A program made the translations under genes and the position numbers. From a virus (lineage: Duplodnaviria; Heunggongvirae; Uroviricota; Caudoviricetes), in IMG/VR virus record IMGVR_UViG_2513237219_000005, positions 1 through 42,471 of that record: a DNA stretch of 42,471 nt. One strand, written 5' to 3'. The number at the start of each line of letters is the position of its first letter. Position 1 is the first letter of the stretch. Positions 36,099-42,471 of the stretch are shown piece after piece. The notes under the pieces are model-generated. The model searched no databases and was not told the DNA's origin. It saw nothing but the letters and a program-made list of their open reading frames with translations.

Positions 36099-37454
36099 AT
36101 GTTCGACTTAATTAAGTACCTCGTTAAAAACGATATTCAGCACACTGTTTCCGATAACGGGAATATTACCGTCACCCACAATCTAGATCTGGAAGATGTT
36201 AGCGGCGTCGACGCCTTGCCGGACAATCTGACCGTGGGCGGCTGGCTCGACCTGCGCGGCACCAGCATCACCGCGCTGCCGGACAATCTGACCGTGGGCG
36301 GCTCGCTCGACCTGCGCGGCACCAGCATCACCGCGCTGCCGGACAATCTGACCGTGGGCGGCTGGCTCGACCTGGAAGGCACCAGCATCACCGCGCTGCC
36401 GGACAATCTGACCGTGGGCGGCTGGCTCGACCTGCGCGGCACCAGCATCACCGCGCTGCCGGACAATCTGACCGTGGGCGGCTCGCTCGACCTGCGCGGC
36501 ACCAGCATCACCGCGCTGCCGGACAATCTGACCGTGGGCGGCTGGCTCGACCTGCGCGGCACCAGCATCACCGCGCTGCCGGACAATCTGACCGTGGGCG
36601 GCTCGCTCGACCTGCGCGGCACCAGCATCACCGCGCTGCCGGACAATCTGACCGTGGGCGGCTCGCTCGACCTGGAAGGCACCAGCATCACCGCGCTGCC
36701 GGACAATCTGACCGTGGGCGGCTCGCTCGACCTGCGCGGCACCAGCATCACCGCGCTGCCGGACAATCTGACCGTGGGCGGCTGGCTCGACCTGGAAGGC
36801 ACCAGCATCACCGCGCTGCCGGACAATCTGACCGTGGGCGGCTCGCTCGACCTGCGCGGCACCAGCATCACCGCGCTGCCGGACAATCTGACCGTGGGCG
36901 GCTGGCTCGACCTGGAAGGCACCAGCATCACCGCGCTGCCGGACAATCTGACCGTGGGCGGCTGGCTCGACCTGCGCGGCACCAGCATCACCGCGCTGCC
37001 GGACAATCTGACCGTGGGCGGCTCGCTCGACCTGCGCGGCACCAGCATCACCGCGCTGCCGGACAATCTGACCGTGGGCGGCTGGCTCGACCTGGAAGGC
37101 ACCAGCATCACCGCGCTGCCGGACAATCTGACCGTGGGCGGCTGGCTCGACCTGCGCGGCACCAGCATCACCGCGCTGCCGGACAATCTGACCGTGGGCG
37201 GCTGGCTCTACCTGCGCCCGGAGAAGATCACGAACGTTTCTTACCGTGAAAACTGTGGTTACTCCAGCCGTACCATCTTCGCTATGTGGACCGGCAAAGA
37301 GTTTCGGATCGCTGCGGGTTGCTTCTTCGGTTCCATCGAGCAGTTCGAACAGGCAGTAGACGATAAGTATGACGGCAACGCAGCCGAAGCATACAAAAAG
37401 GCCGGGCGTGACTGCGTGGCTGAACTGACAGAAAAACTCAATCCGAAAGACTGA
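36099..37454 (+). CDS. Tandem-repeat protein with about 16 bacterial-type 20-residue LRR-like repeats
   Basis: 451 aa: 37-aa N-terminus, 16 units of LPDNLTVGG[W/S]LDL[R/E]GTSITA plus a degenerate 17th, then a 110-aa non-repetitive C-terminus. AAGGA Shine-Dalgarno. Confidence 0.75.
   Translation: MFDLIKYLVKNDIQHTVSDNGNITVTHNLDLEDVSGVDALPDNLTVGGWLDLRGTSITALPDNLTVGGSLDLRGTSITALPDNLTVGGWLDLEGTSITALPDNLTVGGWLDLRGTSITALPDNLTVGGSLDLRGTSITALPDNLTVGGWLDLRGTSITALPDNLTVGGSLDLRGTSITALPDNLTVGGSLDLEGTSITALPDNLTVGGSLDLRGTSITALPDNLTVGGWLDLEGTSITALPDNLTVGGSLDLRGTSITALPDNLTVGGWLDLEGTSITALPDNLTVGGWLDLRGTSITALPDNLTVGGSLDLRGTSITALPDNLTVGGWLDLEGTSITALPDNLTVGGWLDLRGTSITALPDNLTVGGWLYLRPEKITNVSYRENCGYSSRTIFAMWTGKEFRIAAGCFFGSIEQFEQAVDDKYDGNAAEAYKKAGRDCVAELTEKLNPKD
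36213..37215 (+). repeat. Direct tandem repeat array, 60-bp unit x about 16.7, at least 95 percent identical
   Basis: Units differ only at TGG/TCG and CGCGGC/GAAGGC; sequence lines 36241 to 37141 are in perfect register. Confidence 0.95.
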
Positions 37455-37507
37455 ATTGATTCCGGCAGCCTCCACGGTGCCGGGCTTCCAGAACAGGAGA
37501 AAAAGCG

Positions 37508-37672
37508 ATGCGATCCGAAAACCAACAGCAAGCCATGAACCTTATCGCGTTGCTGTGCCTGATGTACCACTTATCGCCAGCTGACCTTGAGGCCATCGCC
37601 CACCAGCTCGCGCACTTCGATGCAGTTTGTGATTACAGAACACAGGGGATTAACAATGTTGCGCGTTATTGA
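37508..37672 (+). CDS. Hypothetical small protein (untracked ORF)
   Basis: 54 codons, hand-translated; AGGAGA Shine-Dalgarno; hydrophobic core; overlaps the exonuclease start. Confidence 0.3.
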   Translation: MRSENQQQAMNLIALLCLMYHLSPADLEAIAHQLAHFDAVCDYRTQGINNVARY

Positions 37673-38327
37673 TACTGAGACTACCGGCCTTGAAGGCGGC
37701 CCGGAAACCGTGGTGGAAATCGCCAGCGTCGATATCGTAGACGGCGTGATCTGCAACCCCATGAGCGACCTCGTTAAGCCAGGTGTGGCGATCGGATTTG
37801 AGGCCATGGCTATTCACCATATCACCGAAGACATGGTGGAAGGCGCGCCGCTGCTCAGTGAAGTAATTGGCCGCTATATGGGTGCCGACGCATACGTCGC
37901 CCACAACGCGAAGTTTGATAAAGCCAAGCTCCCCACAATGAACGCTCCATGGATCTGCACCGCCAAGCTGGCGCGCTCGCTCCTACCGGAGCACAAGAGC
38001 CACAGTAACCAGTACCTGCGTTACAGCCTCGGGCTGAAACCGGAAGTACCGGAAGGACTTTACGCCCACCGCGCGCTGTATGACTGCTACGTCACCGCCG
38101 AATTGTTGCTCTATATGGGCCGCCTGGCGAAATGGACGATGGGCGAAATGCGGGCCATCTCCAATAACCCTTCCCTGCTGCATGCGCTCCGCTTCGGTAA
38201 GCATAAAGGCGTCCCGTTCGCAGAGCTGGCAAAAACAGAACCGGGTTACCTGCGCTGGCTCGTTGCCAACAGCGACGACGAAGACGTGCTGTTTACGGCT
38301 GAACACTGGCTGAGCGGGGGTAAATGA
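37656..38327 (+). CDS. ExoX-like 3'-5' exonuclease (DnaQ/DEDDh)
   Basis: Colinear with E. coli ExoX as recalled: MLRVIDTETTGL, VAHNAKFD, HRALYDCYVTA, C-terminal GKHKGVPFAELAKTEPGYLRWL. Start at MLRVID, not track start 37587. Confidence 0.85.
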   Translation: MLRVIDTETTGLEGGPETVVEIASVDIVDGVICNPMSDLVKPGVAIGFEAMAIHHITEDMVEGAPLLSEVIGRYMGADAYVAHNAKFDKAKLPTMNAPWICTAKLARSLLPEHKSHSNQYLRYSLGLKPEVPEGLYAHRALYDCYVTAELLLYMGRLAKWTMGEMRAISNNPSLLHALRFGKHKGVPFAELAKTEPGYLRWLVANSDDEDVLFTAEHWLSGGK

Positions 38328-38995
38328 TGGGTACTCCAGTGCTGATCCTCGGTGATTCTGGCGCGGGCAAGTCCTACAGCCTGCGCAACTTCAATCCGGA
38401 CGATGTGATGCTGCTCCAGTGCATCCCCAAAATGCTGCCGTTCAAGTCTGCGGGCTGGAAACTTCACGGCAAGCTGCTGCCAGACGGAAGCAAACAGCGC
38501 GGTAACGTTCTGCGCTCGGATAACTGGGAAACGGTGCTGGACACCATCTATCGCATGGTGCAGTCGAAAACGCGCCGCGTCCTGATCATCGACGATTTCC
38601 AGGTGGTCATGCAGCACGAAAACATGAACCGCGCGTACCAGACCGGCTATGCCAAGTTCACCGAAATGGCAGATCACATCTGGCGAATCATCATGGCGGC
38701 CACCGAACTGCCGGACGACTTCCGCGTTTATTTCCTGGCTCACACCGAAGAGACCGAGGGAAAGATCCGCATGAAGACTACCGGAAAGATGCTCAACGAA
38801 AAGCTGACGCCAGAGGGCTATTTCTCCATCGTGCTGCGCGCCATCAAGAAGGACGGCAAACACGTTTTTCTCATCAAAGGCGATGACAACGACACCGCCA
38901 AAGCTCCGCCCGACCTATTCCCGGACCAGACGGAAATGGACAACGACCTCCACGCCGTAGACGTGGCTATCACCGAATTTATGACCGAATTGTAA
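38324..38995 (+). CDS. P-loop ATPase, Sak4-like RecA-core recombination protein
   Basis: Walker A GDSGAGKS and Walker B RVLIIDD in a short RecA-core-sized protein. Confidence 0.6.
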   Translation: MMGTPVLILGDSGAGKSYSLRNFNPDDVMLLQCIPKMLPFKSAGWKLHGKLLPDGSKQRGNVLRSDNWETVLDTIYRMVQSKTRRVLIIDDFQVVMQHENMNRAYQTGYAKFTEMADHIWRIIMAATELPDDFRVYFLAHTEETEGKIRMKTTGKMLNEKLTPEGYFSIVLRAIKKDGKHVFLIKGDDNDTAKAPPDLFPDQTEMDNDLHAVDVAITEFMTEL

Positions 38996-39011
38996 CTTTG
39001 AGGATTTAACG

Positions 39012-39743
39012 ATGAACCAACCAATGACTTTTATGTGGAACAACGAAACGGCTGAGATGGCGAAGAAAGCTGGCGCAACAGGCGGGATCAGCGAAACCGG
39101 CGCTTACGAGGGCGAAATCGTTTCTGCGGTGTACACCTTCGGGAAAGATGGCAGCCAGTCCCAGGCGCTCGAACTGAGCCTGGACTCGAACGGGGCAAAA
39201 GCAAATTACCTGCGCATTAACTTCCTCGGGAAAGACGGCCAGCAGACTTTCGGCATGGGGCTGGTATCAGCGCTTATGTGGGTCGCCCAGGTCAAACAGG
39301 CGCAACCGCAGCAGGTACAGGGTCAAAACGGCATCGAATGGCACTGCCCGGCACTGGTTGGCAAAAAGGTGGGCCTGTTCCTTCAGAAGGTGCTGTACAC
39401 CAAAAACGACGGCGGCGACGGCTACAAGTTCGAAGTGCGCCACGTTTTCCAGCCGGGAACGCGTAAGACCTACGCTGAGCACGCTGAAAATGCCCAGGCA
39501 GAAGCGATCGCCGCGCTTGAACTGTCGATGAAGGATAAGGACGAACGTATCCACAGCGGCGCGCAGTTCTCTGGCCCGCGCAATGCCCAACATGGCGGTA
39601 ACCCTTATGCAAATCAGACTGGCGGCGCACCACAGTCTCGCTTGCAGCAGAACAGCGGTCAGCCACCGGTCGACTTTGACGACGATATCCCATTTGCGCC
39701 GATTGGTCTCCCGTTCCCTTCTCACTCTATCTATGCGTTATGA
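39012..39743 (+). CDS. Putative ssDNA-binding protein with SSB-like acidic C-terminal tip
   Basis: Gln/Gly-rich linker ending DFDDDIPF; adjacent to the Sak4-like ATPase. Confidence 0.55.
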   Translation: MNQPMTFMWNNETAEMAKKAGATGGISETGAYEGEIVSAVYTFGKDGSQSQALELSLDSNGAKANYLRINFLGKDGQQTFGMGLVSALMWVAQVKQAQPQQVQGQNGIEWHCPALVGKKVGLFLQKVLYTKNDGGDGYKFEVRHVFQPGTRKTYAEHAENAQAEAIAALELSMKDKDERIHSGAQFSGPRNAQHGGNPYANQTGGAPQSRLQQNSGQPPVDFDDDIPFAPIGLPFPSHSIYAL

Positions 39744-39897
39744 CTCACGCTCACGACGACATCAGGGTTGGCACACTGCGCCTTCCCTGGCTCAAAGAGA
39801 AAAACGGATGGTTGCTGCCGTGGGGTGATGTCGTTACCAACCCACTGAAGGCGCAACGACTGGCTGAAGAACTTAACGAAAAGCAGGTGGCAGCATG
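39740..39897 (+). CDS. Hypothetical small protein
   Basis: 52 codons, hand-translated, coupled to both neighbours by ATGA overlaps. Confidence 0.35.
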
Positions 39898-40800
39898 AAT
39901 TACGGATTTGTAAGTGTTTGCGTTGAGCAATTCAATGAAGCGGTTAAGCTGCCACCCGCACACAATCCAGCATCACGAATTTGGCAGCGCCCGTTCCTTA
40001 AATGGGCTGGCGGCAAATATTCGCTGCTGCCGGAACTGGATCGCCTGATCCCCGCAGGGAAACGCCTTATTGAGCCTTTTGTGGGTGGCGGCTCGGTGTT
40101 CCTTAACTCAGACAAGCACGAACGCTTTCTTCTGGCTGACGTCAACGCTGACCTGATTAACCTGTATCAGATGCTGGCGGTGGTCCCCGACTCGGTGATC
40201 TATGAGGCAATGAAGGCATTCAGGCATCTGAATGATGCCGAAAACTACACGGTAATTCGTGAAGCATTCAACGCGCAGCGGCTGGATGCGGTTGAGCGCG
40301 CAGCAGCGCTCCTTTACCTCAACCGGCACTGCTTCAACGGGCTGATCCGTTATAACCTGGACGGTTTTTTTAACGTCGGCTTTGGGAAATATAAAGCGCC
40401 ATATTTCCCGGAAGAAGAGATCAGGGCATTTAAGCGGAAGGCTCACGCATGCGTATTCATGAATGCAGGCTTCAGGCGCACGATCGCGCTGGCAGGTGAT
40501 GGTGACGTCGTTTACTGCGATCCGCCTTATGAACCGCTGCCCGGCACCGCTGGTTTCACTAACTACGCGGCTGGTGGGTTCTCATGGGATAGCCAGGTAG
40601 AACTTACGGAAAGCTGTGTGGCAGCCCACCAGCGGGGGGCAAAAGTGGTGATCAGCAATTCTACCGCTCCGCGCGTAATTGAACTTTACGAACAGCACGG
40701 CTTCACGCTGCACCGCGTCAGTGCTCGCCGGGCTATATCCAGCAAAGGCAGTACCCGCGAAACAGCGAGTGATGTCGTAGCCACTTTGGGAGTGCAGTGA
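39895..40800 (+). CDS. dam: DNA adenine methyltransferase, Dam family (GATC type)
   Basis: Colinear with E. coli Dam as recalled: FLKWAGGKY, EPFVGGGSVFLN, LYLNRHCFNGLIRYNLDG, DPPY. Confidence 0.9.
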   Translation: MNYGFVSVCVEQFNEAVKLPPAHNPASRIWQRPFLKWAGGKYSLLPELDRLIPAGKRLIEPFVGGGSVFLNSDKHERFLLADVNADLINLYQMLAVVPDSVIYEAMKAFRHLNDAENYTVIREAFNAQRLDAVERAAALLYLNRHCFNGLIRYNLDGFFNVGFGKYKAPYFPEEEIRAFKRKAHACVFMNAGFRRTIALAGDGDVVYCDPPYEPLPGTAGFTNYAAGGFSWDSQVELTESCVAAHQRGAKVVISNSTAPRVIELYEQHGFTLHRVSARRAISSKGSTRETASDVVATLGVQ

Positions 40801-41042
40801 TGATGAAGCTGATTAATCGCAGTAAGCAATCACCTATTGGTCGCCGCGCTTGCGATGTTGCGCTGGCCGCTCACTTGCAAACATATGGCGACTATGGGCG
40901 AAGCAAGATGAAAGAGACTTATACGGTGAAGGTTGAAGGCGTGAAAGTCTGGGTGGAGGTGGTGAACCGAAAGGCGAGCTACGTGGCCACAGCGATGACC
41001 GGCATGCGCCGTCTCCGCTCCCTGCCCGGGCAGGTTGGTTGA
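40797..41042 (+). CDS. Hypothetical protein
   Basis: 81-aa track ORF coupled to the Dam gene. Confidence 0.4.
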   Translation: MMMKLINRSKQSPIGRRACDVALAAHLQTYGDYGRSKMKETYTVKVEGVKVWVEVVNRKASYVATAMTGMRRLRSLPGQVG

Positions 41043-41083
41043 AAAAGATTTTGAATGGCCCGAACGGGCAACTGGAGAGAGCT

Positions 41084-41281
41084 ATGGATGATATTTTGGT
41101 AACGTCAGACCTGACCAGTCGCTACAAAATTTCACGCAAAACCCTTTGGTCATGGCAAAGTGCAGACACAATGCCTCGGGGCTTCGTATGCCCGTTCCCA
41201 CCCCCTGACTGGCCCGGCAACCCTAACCGCTGGCGCTCTGAGTCAATCAAAGAGTGGGAGGATAAAAAGAAGATAAATTAA
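41084..41281 (+). CDS. AlpA-like DNA-binding protein (excisionase or regulator)
   Basis: Pattern SRKTLWSW...FPPP...RW...IKEW resembles AlpA-family proteins; start at MDDIL within track ORF 41039..41281; converges on int. Confidence 0.55.
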
Positions 41282-42471
41282 CTGAAGGGCTCTCCGATGA
41301 TCTCTTCAAGATGGCTCTGCCAAACGCGGAGCCAGTGTTTCTGATCATCGATATAGTCATGAAGGTTGTAATGCGCCATAACCCCCACCATCTGATGCCC
41401 GAGCAGCTTTTCAATTACGTGCGGCGGGCAACCTAACTCAGAGAGATTTGTGGCTATCGTCCGCCTCATATCATGAAGCGACCACTCTGCCATACCTGTT
41501 CCATTCCAAATAGAACGGGCGTAATTGGATGCCACAGGTGAATGAACGGGCGAATCTTTGATCCCGCCATCAATTTTACGTTGTGAAGTCACCAGGTGAT
41601 TGGTGTTTATTTTCTTGAGGTGATTTCTGACCAGGTTAACGGCGGCGTCTGAGAGTCCCCTTCTAATATGTACCCGAGTTTTATAACTGCCCGCAGGCAC
41701 GACCCACTCATTATCATCCAATCGAAACCATGATCTCTCACTAAGTCGAATCTCAGCCGTACGGCATCCGGTAAGCATAATAAATTTCACCAGGAAAACG
41801 GACTCTATCGACATATGGCTTTTCAACCACTGATAGATTTTGCGCAGATCGTCATCGTCCATCCTGCGAGTTCTCTTTTTAGGCTTTTGCCCGACATCAG
41901 ATGGCAGTAATCCCTCGAGTGGGTTTGAGGCGATCACACTTCTGTTAACGCAGAACCTAAACGCCCGTTTGCACAGCGAAAGCATGTAATGAGCCATCAC
42001 CCTGCTTTCTATAGAATCGAAGACGTTGATCCAGTGCATTTTCGCTGTGTTATCGACTTTGACATTCTTCATCGGTTCGGCGATATGTTTCTCAAACACC
42101 TGGCGATAGTAATCGACTTTAACTAGCCCGTTAGCGATACAGTGCCTTTCAATCCAGTAATTGAACGCTTCGGCAACGGACATCGCTTCCTGTCGGGTCT
42201 GCTTATCCAGCTTCACCTGCTCTCGCGGATCCAGACCCTCAGTTAACCAGTTTCTGAATTGTTGGCGACGCTCTCTTGCCTGGGTGATACTCATTGCAGG
42301 ATAATCACCAACATTGAGTTTTACCGCTTTACCGGCCCAGCGATACCGATAGAAAAATGATATTTTTCCGGCCTGGCTGATTCTGGCGTTGAGCCCGTGC
42401 GAATCAGAAATAATCTCGATATCATCTCTTTTCTTGCCGAGCGCCTTCCTGAGCTTTGTGTCGGTGATCAT
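41278..42471 (-). CDS. int: Tyrosine integrase, P4-like
   Basis: N-terminus [10 protein letters not shown]...[10 protein letters not shown] is P4-type; C-terminal catalytic region with HDMRRT and LLGH...MAHY (Tyr). Start codon is at 42469-42471. Confidence 0.9.

Noticed and set aside
36213-37215. Regular 60-bp repeats that could be taken for a CRISPR array or a non-coding satellite
   Set aside because: Units are directly contiguous with no spacers, lie in one open reading frame with a Shine-Dalgarno and unique termini, and encode a 20-aa repeat; no cas genes are present.
36137-37475. Long minus-strand ORFs 36137..37186 (349 aa) and 36183..37475 (430 aa) antisense to the repeat gene
   Set aside because: Artefacts of the repeat periodicity: low-complexity repetitive products, no start context, inside a region where all neighbouring genes are plus-strand.

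Overview
The window is almost entirely one temperate phage (prophage) genome: lambdoid regulation and lysis genes joined to a contractile Mu/P2-like tail. Neither attachment site is visible. Order from low to high coordinate: serine DNA invertase and an invertible tail-fibre cassette (1-2.8 kb); baseplate (2.8-5.8 kb); a two-gene moron (5.8-6.7 kb); tail genes including sheath, tube and a tape measure with a lytic transglycosylase domain (6.7-15 kb); head and terminase (15-22.3 kb); an HExxH protein and a KilA-N protein; the Rz/Rz1-lysozyme-holin lysis cassette (23.8-25.0 kb); a tRNA-Asn-like gene and tR'-like terminator; Q; nin genes (RusA, YbcO-like, NinB); a five-gene accessory operon; DnaB-type helicase and O-like initiator with an iteron origin; the cII-cro/operator/cI immunity core (33.6-35.0 kb); then a plus-strand early operon ending in an AlpA-like gene and a P4-type integrase whose start codon is at the last bases of the window. 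The most unusual element is a 451-aa early-operon protein built from about 16 near-identical 20-residue LRR-like repeats (60-bp units). Other points worth a second look are the Hin/Gin-type tail-fibre switch, a candidate -1 frameshift before the tape measure, the tail moron and the nin-region accessory genes. All calls come from reading the sequence and ORF track by eye; family names are from memory of motifs, not database searches, and hand-derived coordinates may be off by a few bases.
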